Assembly (NCBI GenBank): GCA_934434925.1
Contig: CAKSAC010000002.1
Location: 91,432-155,431 of the forward strand
DNA from: an uncultured Eubacteriales bacterium
Lineage (GTDB): Bacteria > Bacillota > Clostridia > Oscillospirales > CAG-272
Reading direction: 5' to 3'
Length of the DNA stretch: 64,000 nt
The notes under the pieces are model-generated. The model saw only the letters and a list, made by a program, of their open reading frames with translations. It searched no databases and had not been told where the DNA came from. Below are positions 49,085 to 61,994 of the stretch, piece after piece. Position numbers and translations under genes: made by a program. Position 1 is the stretch's first letter, and each line of letters starts with the position of its first letter.

Positions 49085-49836
49085 CGAATCTCTCCTTCTG
49101 CCCGCCGACATTGCTTTCCGCCCTGCTTTGGCAAGAGGCTTTCGGAGGCGATATGCAAGAGATCGGAGCCGACCTGCGCAGCCTGGAAGACGGCGGCGCA
49201 ACCGGTATCCGTCTCCTTTCAAAGGACGGCGACTGTCTTTCTCAGGGGATAGCGCTTCCGTTTATCCTGCCGGATATGCGGGGATATTACCTGTACGCGC
49301 TGACAACGAAAAAGTCGGCACGAGGGCAAGGGCATATGCGTACCCTTTTAAGAGAGAGCGGACAAAAGGCAAAGGAACAGGGTTTTTCTTTTCTTTTTCT
49401 GTTGCCGGACGGCGACGCGCTGGCGGCTTTCTACCGAACGGCCGGCTTTTGCCGCGCGTACCCTGCGGGGGCCTCGCCATGCCCGCTTAACGCCGGAGAT
49501 TTTTATTACCGGACGACCGGGAGCGGTTCCGGCGACGAAACTTCTCGCCCCGGTATTCCCGACCGAATGAACGGGCCTGCGCCCTCGCCGGCGGAGTTCG
49601 GCTCCCCGCTTTCGCCCGCTCTCTTTGCTTTTACCCTCTCCACCATGGCATGCGTCCGCCCGGTACGCACGGCCGCAGGAGCGGCGCTGGTTTTTGCCGG
49701 CGACCCGCGTTGTGTTATGGCCTTTCCCAAAAGCGCGGCGGCTTCTTACACGCAAAGCCCGCAAAAGAACCCCTTCCTCCTGCAATCCTTGGACGGGAAA
49801 TTCCCCGCGCGACTGCCCGAGCCGCTCCCCCGCTGA
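49081..49836 (+). CDS. putative GNAT-family acetyltransferase with low-complexity C-terminus
   Basis: GTG start overlapping the DJ-1 stop (GTGA). ARGQGHMRTLL resembles GNAT motif A. The C-terminal third is Pro/Ala-rich. The 3' end lies in a 20-bp tandem repeat. Confidence 0.45.
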   Translation: MTNLSFCPPTLLSALLWQEAFGGDMQEIGADLRSLEDGGATGIRLLSKDGDCLSQGIALPFILPDMRGYYLYALTTKKSARGQGHMRTLLRESGQKAKEQGFSFLFLLPDGDALAAFYRTAGFCRAYPAGASPCPLNAGDFYYRTTGSGSGDETSRPGIPDRMNGPAPSPAEFGSPLSPALFAFTLSTMACVRPVRTAAGAALVFAGDPRCVMAFPKSAAASYTQSPQKNPFLLQSLDGKFPARLPEPLPR

Positions 49837-49884
49837 CCGAGCCGCTCCCCCGCTGACCGAGCCGCTCCCCCGCTGACCAAGCGG
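49817..49884. repeat. tandem repeat, exact 20-bp unit x 3.3
   Basis: CCGAGCCGCTCCCCCGCTGA occurs at 49817, 49837 and 49857. The first copy holds the GNAT-like gene stop. Confidence 0.95.
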
Positions 49885-49936
49885 AACAAGATCGCATATT
49901 TCTCCCGGTTTTTCGGGATCAAGGAGAACCGATAAA

Positions 49937-50545
49937 ATGAACGTCACCCCGCCAACTGCCACGCACACGGACCCCGAAAAAGAAAAAAGCGCGCTCCGGC
50001 GGCTTCTTTTCACCCGGCGGAACGCCCTCTCCCGGGAAGAGCGGATTGCCCGCGATGAAAAACTCTGCACCCGCATTCTCTCTTCCCTGGTTTTCCAAAA
50101 GGCGGATCTCGTCCTGCTCTATGCGCCGGTTAAAAGCGAAGCCGATATTCTTCCCGTGGCAAAAGAGGCCCTGCGCGCCGGGAAGAAAATCGCTTTCCCG
50201 CGATGCACGGAGCCGGGGAACATGCGCTTTCTGACCGTTTCTTCCCCGGAGGAACTTTCGCCCGGCCGATACGGTATCAAAGAACCGCCCGAAGGAGCCT
50301 CGCCCGTCCTCCCCGCTAAAAACTCGCTTTGCCTTGTTCCGGGGCTTGCTTTTGATCTTTCCGGGAACCGGCTCGGTTACGGCGGCGGATATTACGATCG
50401 TTTTCTCGCCGGATTTCCGGGAATGGCGGCCGGTGTTGCATACGGAGACTTCATTCTTCCGGAACTTCCCCGCGCACCGCATGACCGGGCGGTATCGCTC
50501 CTGTTTTCCGACCGGGAAACCTATTTTTGCAAAACCTATGTATGA
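49937..50545 (+). CDS. 5-formyltetrahydrofolate cyclo-ligase
   Basis: 202 aa with motifs YGIKEP and GNRLGYGGGYYDRFL. AAGGAGAA RBS. Confidence 0.85.
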   Translation: MNVTPPTATHTDPEKEKSALRRLLFTRRNALSREERIARDEKLCTRILSSLVFQKADLVLLYAPVKSEADILPVAKEALRAGKKIAFPRCTEPGNMRFLTVSSPEELSPGRYGIKEPPEGASPVLPAKNSLCLVPGLAFDLSGNRLGYGGGYYDRFLAGFPGMAAGVAYGDFILPELPRAPHDRAVSLLFSDRETYFCKTYV

Positions 50546-50555
50546 AGGTGGTAAC

Positions 50556-51215
50556 ATGATACTGAATCCGAAAATGACCCATATCGCTTTCCGTTGCCCG
50601 AAGTGCGGTTCGATCACCCGCGGGGTGGCCGGCTCCTTCGCGCTTGCTTCGTCCGGAATGATCCGCCTGCGTTGCAGTTGCGGTCGCGGGGGTGAAATGA
50701 CCCTGACCGGCACCTCGGATGACCGGGTACGCATTGCCGTGCCTTGCCTGCTGTGCGACAAAGATCACCGGTTTGCCGTTTCCCAGTCGCTCTTTTTTGA
50801 AAAAGACCTCTTTCTCTTTTATTGTCCTTTTACCAATATCCCGATTGCCTTTTTTGCGCAGGATGAAGAAAAACTGATCCGCGCGACCGAAGAAAGCACC
50901 GAGGAACTGGAACGGATTTTCAACGAATTCTCCATCCGGTTCCCGGGGGAGGAAGACGGCGAGGAAGAAGAATTCATCACGCCCGATTTTTTGCCCGACG
51001 CGCAGATTCATGATATTATCCGCTTTATGGTCAAAGAGCTGGAAGCCGACGGCGCGATTCATTGCCCCTGTCACAGCGGCGTATATGAAGTGGAAATGAC
51101 CGATGAAGGCGTGCGGGTCTTTTGCCCTTCCTGCGGTGCCTCCCGCCTGTTCAGAACCAACAGCGTGGCCGCCGCGCAGGAATTCCTCTCCTGCGATGCG
51201 CTGGATCTGACATAA
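50556..51215 (+). CDS. hypothetical protein with several CxxC zinc-ribbon-like pairs
   Basis: ORF trimmed to ATG 50556 (GGTGG RBS), 219 aa. Cys pairs CPKCG, CSCG, CLLCD and CPSCG, plus an acidic central linker. Confidence 0.5.
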   Translation: MILNPKMTHIAFRCPKCGSITRGVAGSFALASSGMIRLRCSCGRGGEMTLTGTSDDRVRIAVPCLLCDKDHRFAVSQSLFFEKDLFLFYCPFTNIPIAFFAQDEEKLIRATEESTEELERIFNEFSIRFPGEEDGEEEEFITPDFLPDAQIHDIIRFMVKELEADGAIHCPCHSGVYEVEMTDEGVRVFCPSCGASRLFRTNSVAAAQEFLSCDALDLT

Positions 51216-51244
51216 GGCCGTCGCTTGCGCCGAACCCTTTTACG

Positions 51245-51292
51245 GAAAAAGAAAGTCCGGGCAACCCTTCCCGGGTGTCCGGACAATTTTTG
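51245..51292. terminator. bidirectional terminator between the Zn-ribbon hypothetical gene and the amidase gene
   Basis: GTCCGG...CCGGAC stem flanked by AAAAAGAAA on one side and AATTTTTG on the other. Confidence 0.6.
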
Positions 51293-51324
51293 CGCCGCGC
51301 CATGCATTCGCTTTGCCGGAGGCT

Positions 51325-51888
51325 TTATACGCCGTAATACTTCCGCAGGCCGTTATAAAGCCCCCGGGCAAAGAGTTGCGGCGACTCCGCCATCAGGGCG
51401 GCATCCCCCGCATTGGTGATAAATCCCATTTCCATGAGAACGGCCGGCATAGACGTGCGGCGCAATACATAAAGCCCCGGCCGCGCCTTGACGCCGCGGT
51501 TCGGCAGTCCGGTCGCCTCGGTCATATACCGGAGGAGAACCGAAGCGATGGCGGCAGAGGTTCCCTTCCGGGAAAAAACCAACGCTTCGCTCCCGGTGGC
51601 TGCGGGGAGAGACGAGGCGTTTGTATGCAGGCTGAGAAAAAGATCAGCCGCAAAACTTTCAGCCTCCTCCACCCGTCTCCGCAGGCTGTCCGCATTCGAC
51701 ACCCCCAGCACCACCGCCGGATCCGGCCGCGACAACCGCGCCTCAAAACTCCGGTCGTTTTGCAAAAATGTAAACAATTCTTTTCCTATCTTGTAGGTAA
51801 TATCCTGCTCACGATAGCCGTTTCCTTCCGCTCCTGCATTCGGGTTTACCGGGTTATGCCCCTGATCGATATAGACCCGTATCGCCAT
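51325..51888 (-). CDS. N-acetylmuramoyl-L-alanine amidase (Amidase_3 catalytic domain only)
   Basis: 187 aa with pattern VYIDQGHNP...SLHTNAS...MPAVLMEMGFITN. AGGAGGAA RBS. No signal peptide is evident. Confidence 0.8.
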   Translation of the reverse strand: MAIRVYIDQGHNPVNPNAGAEGNGYREQDITYKIGKELFTFLQNDRSFEARLSRPDPAVVLGVSNADSLRRRVEEAESFAADLFLSLHTNASSLPAATGSEALVFSRKGTSAAIASVLLRYMTEATGLPNRGVKARPGLYVLRRTSMPAVLMEMGFITNAGDAALMAESPQLFARGLYNGLRKYYGV

Positions 51889-51943
51889 CTCGTTCCTCCT
51901 TACCGTATTCTCCCTATTATCTTATGTAAAAAAGGATAACACA

Positions 51944-52687
51944 GTGACTATGAAGGATATTCAGAGAATCCTCAGTTTTATGCGCCGGGCCGTAGACGAT
52001 TACGGCATGATTCGCCCTGAAGATCATATCGCCGTCGGAGTCTCGGGGGGGAAGGATTCGCTCACTCTTCTTGCCGGCCTTGCCGAACTGCGCCGCTTTT
52101 ATCCGGTTCCTTTCACCCTGTCCGCCATTACGGTGGATATGGGCTTTCCGGGGAGCGATTATTCCACGGTCGCGGATTTCTGCCGGGCGCTGAATGTCGA
52201 GTACCGCGTGGCCCCCACCGATATTGCGGAGGTTGTTTTCCATATCCGTAAAGAATCCAACCCCTGTTCTCTCTGCGCACGGATGCGCCGGGGGGTCTTA
52301 CACGGTACGGCAAAAGAAATGGGATGCACAAGCGTCGCGCTCGGGCATCATTTTGACGACGTGGTGGAAACCTTTATGCTGAATCTGTTCTTTGAAGGGC
52401 GGCTCGGCTGTTTTTCTCCGGTCACCTATCTCTCCAACCGTGATATCCGTCTGATCCGTCCGCTGATCTACGCAAAAGAGAAAGACATTGCCTACTTTGC
52501 AAGGCGGGCGGAATTGCCGCTCATCCGGAGTCTTTGCCCGGAAGACAAGCACACGGAACGTGAAAACATGAAAACGCTGCTTTCCGAGCTGGAACGGAAG
52601 CGCCCCGGCCTTCGCCACCGGATTTTTCACGCGCTGACAGAAGGCGGGATCGACGGCTTTCATCCGGCCGGCCGCTTGCCCGAATAA
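51944..52687 (+). CDS. ttcA: tRNA 2-thiocytidine biosynthesis protein TtcA-family PP-loop ATPase
   Basis: 247 aa with PP-loop VGVSGGKDS and CSLCARMRRG Cys motifs. The start is GTG 51944 or ATG 51950. Confidence 0.8.
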   Translation: MTMKDIQRILSFMRRAVDDYGMIRPEDHIAVGVSGGKDSLTLLAGLAELRRFYPVPFTLSAITVDMGFPGSDYSTVADFCRALNVEYRVAPTDIAEVVFHIRKESNPCSLCARMRRGVLHGTAKEMGCTSVALGHHFDDVVETFMLNLFFEGRLGCFSPVTYLSNRDIRLIRPLIYAKEKDIAYFARRAELPLIRSLCPEDKHTERENMKTLLSELERKRPGLRHRIFHALTEGGIDGFHPAGRLPE

Positions 52688-52714
52688 ACGCTGAAAAGCC
52701 TCTCTCAAAGAAAA

Positions 52715-52769
52715 CCCTGCGAAATCTTGACCGGGAAACCGGCAGAAATCGCAGGGCTTTTTCTTTTTT
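52715..52769 (+). terminator. intrinsic terminator after ttcA
   Basis: CCCTGCGA...TCGCAGGG stem with an inner CCGG hairpin, followed by CTTTTTCTTTTTT. Confidence 0.7.
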
Positions 52770-52788
52770 CCGGGAAGCCGGAGCTGCG

Positions 52789-56458
<3,670 letters not shown>

Positions 56459-56653
56459 GATTTTTTCCTTTCGGTATAAAAATATAACCGTAAACCGAAG
56501 CGACCTTCCGCAAAACCGGGCGGGCGTTTTCCGGCACGGCACGATGGAAACAGAGGAGAACCGGGGAAACTTTTCGGCATATTTTCCGCCTCTACTTTAC
56601 TTTTTCCCGATTATCGTCTATAATCAGAATAGCACACAGAGGCGAGAAAGTCT

Positions 56654-57481
56654 ATGAGTTTCCTTCCCGATTTTATCAAAATCCTGCCATGCGAGGTTGT
56701 TATGGAGATTTATGAACCGAAAATTTTCAGCATCGGCATTTTTGACAGCGCGCGTTTTTTTTCCGGCGTGACCGAAACGCCGCCGCGTACCGTACAGCAG
56801 TACGAAATCGAACTTTTTCTCTCGCACGGCGGAGTCTCCTGCGTCGGGGAGGAATGCTTTCCCGTCCGGCAGGGGGCGGTGCTTCTGGCGCGTCCGGGAG
56901 ATGAACGGCACAGCCGTCTTCCCGTTTCTGCCCGTTTTTTGCGCTTTCTCCCGATGCATCCGGGCATGGAAGAAGTCCTGAACCGCCTGCCGCATCACTT
57001 TCCGGAGGATTGTACCGATCGGCTCCTTCCCTTCTTCCTCGCGGCCGAAAAAGCCGCCGTGTCGCAAGCCCCTGGTGCCGGATTACACCGCCTCCGCGCC
57101 CTATGCGACCTTGTCTGCACGCTTGACGAACTGGCACACCGCGAAATGACCGCCCCGACCGTAACAGACCCCGCCGTTCGGTATATGGAAGAGCATTACG
57201 CGGAGGCGCTCTCTGTTGCGATGCTGGCCGCCCGCTGTCATTTGAGCGAGACGCATTTTCATCGTCTTTTCCTTTCGGAAAGAAACATGACCCCGGTGCA
57301 TTATCTGACCGAGGTCCGCCTGCTTGCGGCGCGGCGCATGCTCACGGAAGAAAGAAAGCCGATCAGTGAAATCGCTCTTCTCTGCGGATTTTCTTCGCAG
57401 GCGTATTTCACCTATCGCTTCCGGCGGCGATATGCCGTTTCCCCCGCCCGCTACCGGGAGGAGGCCGCCTACCGCCCGTAA
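56654..57481 (+). CDS. AraC-family transcriptional regulator
   Basis: 275 aa with a C-terminal HTH pair (HFHRLFLSERNMTPVHYLTEVRLLAARRML...GFSSQAYFTYRFRRRY). An alternative start at ATG 56702 has the better RBS. Confidence 0.8.
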   Translation: MSFLPDFIKILPCEVVMEIYEPKIFSIGIFDSARFFSGVTETPPRTVQQYEIELFLSHGGVSCVGEECFPVRQGAVLLARPGDERHSRLPVSARFLRFLPMHPGMEEVLNRLPHHFPEDCTDRLLPFFLAAEKAAVSQAPGAGLHRLRALCDLVCTLDELAHREMTAPTVTDPAVRYMEEHYAEALSVAMLAARCHLSETHFHRLFLSERNMTPVHYLTEVRLLAARRMLTEERKPISEIALLCGFSSQAYFTYRFRRRYAVSPARYREEAAYRP

Positions 57482-57550
57482 ATCCGACCGCCACCCGCAA
57501 ATCCGACCTCCGCCTGCCGACCGCCGAAACCGCCTACCGCCCGTAAATCC
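57465..57550. repeat. degenerate tandem repeat, ~22-bp unit x ~4
   Basis: CGCCTACCGCCCGTAAATCC occurs at 57466 (containing the AraC stop TAA at 57479) and again at 57531. Degenerate CCGACCGCC.. units lie in between. Confidence 0.8.
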
Positions 57551-57555
57551 AATCG

Positions 57556-57590
57556 TAAAAAAAGCCCGGGGAGCGAAATTCTCCGGGCTG
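57556..57590 (-). terminator. intrinsic terminator after the aminotransferase gene (possibly bidirectional)
   Basis: On the minus strand: AGCCCGGAG, loop, CTCCCCGGGCT, followed by TTTTTTTAC. Confidence 0.7.
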
Positions 57591-57614
57591 ATTCGATTGG
57601 TTCTCTGGCGCGGC

Positions 57615-58892
57615 TCAGACGCGCTTTTCCAGCGCGGCAATCTTGGCGGCGCAGGCCAGCACAGCCGCCGCCTTGGAAACCTCTTCGTCACTTGCAAAAG
57701 AAGGGGCCAGGCGCAGGTTTTTGTCTTCGGGGTCGCGTCCGTAAGGGAAAGTCGCGCCGACCTGCGTCAGGCGTACCCCGGCATGGAGACAAAGTTCAAA
57801 AACACGGGCGGCGCATCCGGGCAAGACATCCATGGAGGAAAAATAGCCCCCCTTCGGTTCGGTAAAGGTCGCCACCCCGGTGTCTCCGATCCCCCGGCGC
57901 AGTCCGTCAAAGAGGCAGGTAAACTTCCGCTTCATGATCGCGCCGTGCTCTGCCATGCGGCGACGAAGAGAGCCATCATCGGCAAAGAACCGGACGTGGC
58001 GGAGCTGATTGAGTTTATCATGGCCGATTGTCTGTACGGCCATCGTCTTTTTGATAAGTTCCAGATTCTTTTCGGAAGCGGCAATCATCGAGATTCCCGC
58101 ACCCGGAAAAACGATTTTGGAGGTAGAAGAAAAGTAAAAAATGCGATCTTCGTTTCCCGCCTCGCGGGCGCATGCAAAAATGTCGGCCAACGGCTCGTCA
58201 TCCGTCGGGTCAAAGGCATGGATGGCATACGCGTTATCCCAGAAGATGCGGAAATCCGGCGCGGCCGTCTTCATGGCGGCCAGGCGACGCACGGTTTCCT
58301 CCGAATAGGTCACCCCGGTAGGGTTGGAATACTTCGGAACGCACCAGATCCCCTTGATTGCCGGATCGGCGGCGACCAATTCTTCCACCGCGTCCATATG
58401 CGGGCCTGTCGCCGTCATTTCCACCGGGATCAGTTCAAACCCCAGCGATTCGGTAATCGCAAAATGCCGGTCATATCCCGGGGAAGGACAAAGAAATTTC
58501 ACTTTTTCTTCCCGGCACCACGGGCGGCCGTCCGGCCCCGCCCCGTACAAAAGACAACGCGCCACTGCGTCATACATGATATTCAGGCTGGAGTTCCCGC
58601 AAACGATAATCTGTTCTTCCGGTACCCCGGTAAATCCGGAGAAAAAGCGCTTTGCTTCCGGAAGACCGTACGTCTGCCCGTAATTACGGCAGTCAAAGCC
58701 GCTTTCGGAAACACAGTCGCCCTCTCCCGAAAGAATGGTGAGCATCCCGTCTCCCAAGCGGAGCTGTTCTGCCGAAGGCTTCCCCCGCGAAAGGTCAAGC
58801 GCCAGCCCTTCCTCTTTATAGCCTTCGTATTCCGTCAGGAGTTTCCGATACTCCCGTTTTGCTTCTTCCTGCGTCAGGGATTGATAGTTCAT
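57615..58892 (-). CDS. PLP-dependent aminotransferase (class I/II fold)
   Basis: 425 aa. SSTSKIVFPGAG carries the putative PLP lysine. It has its own promoter at 58953-58981. Confidence 0.8.
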   Translation of the reverse strand: MNYQSLTQEEAKREYRKLLTEYEGYKEEGLALDLSRGKPSAEQLRLGDGMLTILSGEGDCVSESGFDCRNYGQTYGLPEAKRFFSGFTGVPEEQIIVCGNSSLNIMYDAVARCLLYGAGPDGRPWCREEKVKFLCPSPGYDRHFAITESLGFELIPVEMTATGPHMDAVEELVAADPAIKGIWCVPKYSNPTGVTYSEETVRRLAAMKTAAPDFRIFWDNAYAIHAFDPTDDEPLADIFACAREAGNEDRIFYFSSTSKIVFPGAGISMIAASEKNLELIKKTMAVQTIGHDKLNQLRHVRFFADDGSLRRRMAEHGAIMKRKFTCLFDGLRRGIGDTGVATFTEPKGGYFSSMDVLPGCAARVFELCLHAGVRLTQVGATFPYGRDPEDKNLRLAPSFASDEEVSKAAAVLACAAKIAALEKRV

Positions 58893-58952
58893 ATTTGCAC
58901 CTTTTTGAAAGTTTAATTGCCGAAAGAGTCATAATTTTTTTCGACTTATATC

Positions 58953-58981
58953 ATTATACTATCGTCTTTAGCGTTTTGCAA
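58953..58981 (-). promoter_or_regulatory. sigma-A-type promoter of the aminotransferase gene
   Basis: On the minus strand: TTGCAA, 17 nt, TATAAT. Confidence 0.6.
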
Positions 58982-59106
58982 GCCTTTTTTCTCATTTTTT
59001 ATATTCTCTATGAATTTTTCTTTTCAAAACTTTCAAAATCAAACAGGGAGCAGACAGCCTCTCCGCAAAAAGATTCCCCTGCCGGCGGGATTTGGGCATC
59101 CGGCTC

Positions 59107-59135
59107 TTGACAAGCCCCCGCCGTCCGGGTATAAT
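59107..59135 (+). promoter_or_regulatory. consensus sigma-A promoter of proS
   Basis: TTGACA, 17 nt, TATAAT. The leader is only about 40 nt, so there is no room for a T-box. Confidence 0.7.
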
Positions 59136-59178
59136 GAGAATAATTCTATATATTATCTGACTGTAATGGGAGTTTTTT

Positions 59179-60618
59179 ATGGCAAACAATGAAAAGATGG
59201 TGGATCAGATTACCTCGATGGACGAGGATTTTGCGAAATGGTACACCGACATCTGTAAAAAAGCCGATCTGATCGACTATTCCAGCGTCAAGGGCTGTAT
59301 GATTATCCGTCCTTACGGCTATGCGATCTGGGAAAACATCCAACGAATTCTGGACGCGCGTTTCAAGGAACTGGGGCATGAAAATGTCTATATGCCGATG
59401 TTCATTCCCGAATCGTTGCTTGAAAAAGAAAAAGACCATGTGGCGGGTTTTGCGCCCGAGGTGGCATGGGTCACCATGGGCGGGAATGAACGCCTGACCG
59501 AACGGCTTTGCGTCCGCCCGACCTCCGAAACGCTTTTCTGCGAACATTACGCCAACATCATCCGCTCTTACCGCGATCTGCCGAAACTTTACAACCAGTG
59601 GTGCAGCGTTGTCCGGTGGGAAAAAACGACCCGCCCTTTTCTGCGCAGCCGTGAATTCCTTTGGCAGGAAGGCCACACCATGCACGCCACCGCCGAAGAG
59701 GCGCGCGCCGAGACAATCCGGATGCTGAACGTCTATGCCGATTTCCACGCGGACGATCTTGCCATCCCGGTCATCAAGGGATGCAAAACGCCGAGCGATA
59801 AATTCGCGGGAGCGGAAGATACTTACGCCATTGAAGCCCTGATGCATGACGGAAAATGCCTTCAGGCCGCCACTTCGCATTATTTCGGAGACGGGTTTGC
59901 CAAAGCCTTTGACATTACCTTTACCACCAAAGAAAACACTGTCGCGCACCCCTTTCAGACCTCTTGGGGATGCACGACTCGCATGATCGGCGGTATCATC
60001 ATGACGCACGGCGACGATAACGGCCTTGTCCTGCCGCCGGCCGTCGCCCCGATTCAGGTCGTCATCATTCCGATCGCCCAGCATAAGCCCGGCGTCCTGG
60101 AAGAAGCTGAAAAGATCCGCGCGACGCTGGCCGAAGCCGGTATCCGCGTCCGGACCGATGACTCCGATGAAACGCCCGGCTGGAAATTTGCCGAATATGA
60201 AATGAAGGGCGTTCCGCTCCGTTTGGAGATCGGGCCGCGCGATATTGAAAACCGTCAATGCGTCCTTGTGACCCGCTACAACCGCGAGAAGACGATCGTT
60301 CCGCTTGCGGGGATCGCCGATTCCGTGAAGGACAGTCTCCGGGCCGCGCACGACGGAATGTATCAAAAAGCGTTGGAAAACCGGAGCCGTCGCACCTATG
60401 ACTGCCGCACGCTCGACGAGATCGGTGACGCGCTGAAACAAGGCGACGGGTTTGTGCGCGCCATGTGGTGCGGAGACGAAGCCTGTGAAGACCGCGTCAA
60501 GGAAGTCACCGGAGTCGGTTCGCGTTGCATCCCGCTCGACCAGGATTCTCTCAGCGACCGGTGCGTCTGTTGCAAAAAGCCCGCCAAATGCCTCGTTTAC
60601 TGGGGAAAAGCCTATTGA
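59179..60618 (+). CDS. proS: proline--tRNA ligase (archaeal/eukaryote-like short form)
   Basis: 479 aa. N-terminus [36 protein letters not shown] and a C-terminal Zn-binding Cys cluster. A consensus promoter lies upstream. Confidence 0.93.
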   Translation: MANNEKMVDQITSMDEDFAKWYTDICKKADLIDYSSVKGCMIIRPYGYAIWENIQRILDARFKELGHENVYMPMFIPESLLEKEKDHVAGFAPEVAWVTMGGNERLTERLCVRPTSETLFCEHYANIIRSYRDLPKLYNQWCSVVRWEKTTRPFLRSREFLWQEGHTMHATAEEARAETIRMLNVYADFHADDLAIPVIKGCKTPSDKFAGAEDTYAIEALMHDGKCLQAATSHYFGDGFAKAFDITFTTKENTVAHPFQTSWGCTTRMIGGIIMTHGDDNGLVLPPAVAPIQVVIIPIAQHKPGVLEEAEKIRATLAEAGIRVRTDDSDETPGWKFAEYEMKGVPLRLEIGPRDIENRQCVLVTRYNREKTIVPLAGIADSVKDSLRAAHDGMYQKALENRSRRTYDCRTLDEIGDALKQGDGFVRAMWCGDEACEDRVKEVTGVGSRCIPLDQDSLSDRCVCCKKPAKCLVYWGKAY

Positions 60619-60807
60619 TCTTGCCGGGGAGCCGTTTGTGTTCCCCGAAAAAACTTCCGCCCCCGCCGGAGGGCCTGCCGCCCGGTCCGCCTCTTTCGCC
60701 GAAGTCCGGCAACGGTTTTCCCGGGCGGCGGTTTTGTCGGGTTCCGGCGCTCCCGCCCGCCGATTCTTTGCCAAAAGCGCGGAAAGCAAAAAACGAAAGG
60801 AGGCCGT

Positions 60808-61608
60808 ATGTCCAAAATCACCACCACCCGCTCCCCCAAGGGCCGGCTTCTGACCGTTGAGCATATTACCGCGACTGACTCCACCGAGGAAATGCTCCGC
60901 AAGATTGCGCGGTACGACGGGAACGACGGACATATTCTGTATACCGAAAGGCTGGAGCCGATTCCGGCCGGGATGCCGCCCGCCCGGGATAAAAAGGACG
61001 GGATGCTTGCCATGAGCATTCTTTTGCGTCCTCCCGTCTCGCTGACCGAACCGGCGGTACTTTCAACAATCGGGGCGCTGGCTCTTTCCCGGATCGTGCG
61101 CCGCTTTTCTTCTCTCTCGGTCGGCATCCGCTGGCCGGGCGATCTGCTCTGCGGCAGTCGTCGCATCGGCTCGGTTTCGGTAAGCGGAGACCGGCGTGCC
61201 GGCGGTTCCTTCCGTTACGCCATTGTCACCTTCTTTTTACGGATATCCGACCGCGCGTTTGCCGAGCCGCTTCCGAAGATTGTGCAAAATGTTTTTTCTC
61301 CCGTCCGCCTGACGCAGACCGAACGCATGGCCACCGGCTTGATTTATGAGTTCTTTTCACTCTACGAAAATCTCGGCGATCGTCTTTTTCTTGATGAATT
61401 CCGGGGGCAATCCCTTCTGCACGGAAAGCGAATCTCGGTCTGGCACAACGAGCGCCGGGTACGCGCCACGGTAATCGGTATCAACGATGATGCCTGCCTG
61501 ATTGTCGCGCCGCGCGGGGGCGGCAGTTTCCTTCTCCACTCGCGGGAGGAACTGATTCTGCACGGACATCCGAAAACCCCGCCGCCGCCCCCTGCCAAGC
61601 CGGCATAG
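60808..61608 (+). CDS. BirA-fold (BPL/LPL catalytic domain) paralog lacking canonical biotin/ATP motifs
   Basis: 266 aa, collinear with BirA (TATDSTEEML; MSILLRPP; GIRWPGDLL..RRIGSVSVSG; C-terminal SH3-like RATVIGINDDACLIV). The GxGRxGR loop is replaced by PAGMPPARDKKDG, and KWPND reads RWPGD. Confidence 0.6.
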   Translation: MSKITTTRSPKGRLLTVEHITATDSTEEMLRKIARYDGNDGHILYTERLEPIPAGMPPARDKKDGMLAMSILLRPPVSLTEPAVLSTIGALALSRIVRRFSSLSVGIRWPGDLLCGSRRIGSVSVSGDRRAGGSFRYAIVTFFLRISDRAFAEPLPKIVQNVFSPVRLTQTERMATGLIYEFFSLYENLGDRLFLDEFRGQSLLHGKRISVWHNERRVRATVIGINDDACLIVAPRGGGSFLLHSREELILHGHPKTPPPPPAKPA

Positions 61609-61673
61609 AACCGGGTCGGGATCGGGAGACTCCTTTTTCCGGAGCTATCGGCCCCGGCTTTCCCGCATCGCCT

Positions 61674-61712
61674 GAACCGCGCGCCCCTCGGGTCACGCGG
61701 TTTTCTTTTTTT
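61674..61712 (+). terminator. intrinsic terminator after the BirA-fold paralog
   Basis: GAACCGCG...CGCGGTT stem followed by TTCTTTTTTTC. Confidence 0.65.
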
Positions 61713-61799
61713 CGCCCGTCTCCACATGGGGAGGGCGCTTTACGCATATATTAACGGTAGATTGCGCGCCTGCGCAATACTTGTTTTCGGGAGGGTCTT

Positions 61800-61994
61800 A
61801 TGGATAATCGCCGGTCTTCTTCTCCGCCCGCGCCCCGATGGGCGTTTGCCGTCGCGGCCGCCTGCCTGCTTCTCTCTTTGCTTCTTGCTCTGCTTTCCTG
61901 CCGTCTCTACCGCAAGCACCCGGCCGACGGTATCCTGGCCTACCTCTGCCGGGACGACGATCTCGCCGTGGTTCTTTCCCCCCGTGAAGACTGA
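61800..61994 (+). CDS. small single-pass membrane protein (hypothetical)
   Basis: 64 aa. A GGGAGGG RBS lies 5 nt upstream of the ATG. TM segment WAFAVAAACLLLSLLLALLSC. The 3' end overlaps the proposed S2P start. Confidence 0.35.
   Translation: MDNRRSSSPPAPRWAFAVAAACLLLSLLLALLSCRLYRKHPADGILAYLCRDDDLAVVLSPRED

Noticed and set aside
61726-61983. The 5' part of ORF 61726-62544, considered as coding sequence of the S2P protease.
   Set aside because: The ATG at 61726 directly follows a terminator T-tract and has no RBS. The encoded segment is Pro/Arg/Ser-rich. A better-supported small ORF occupies another frame in the same stretch.
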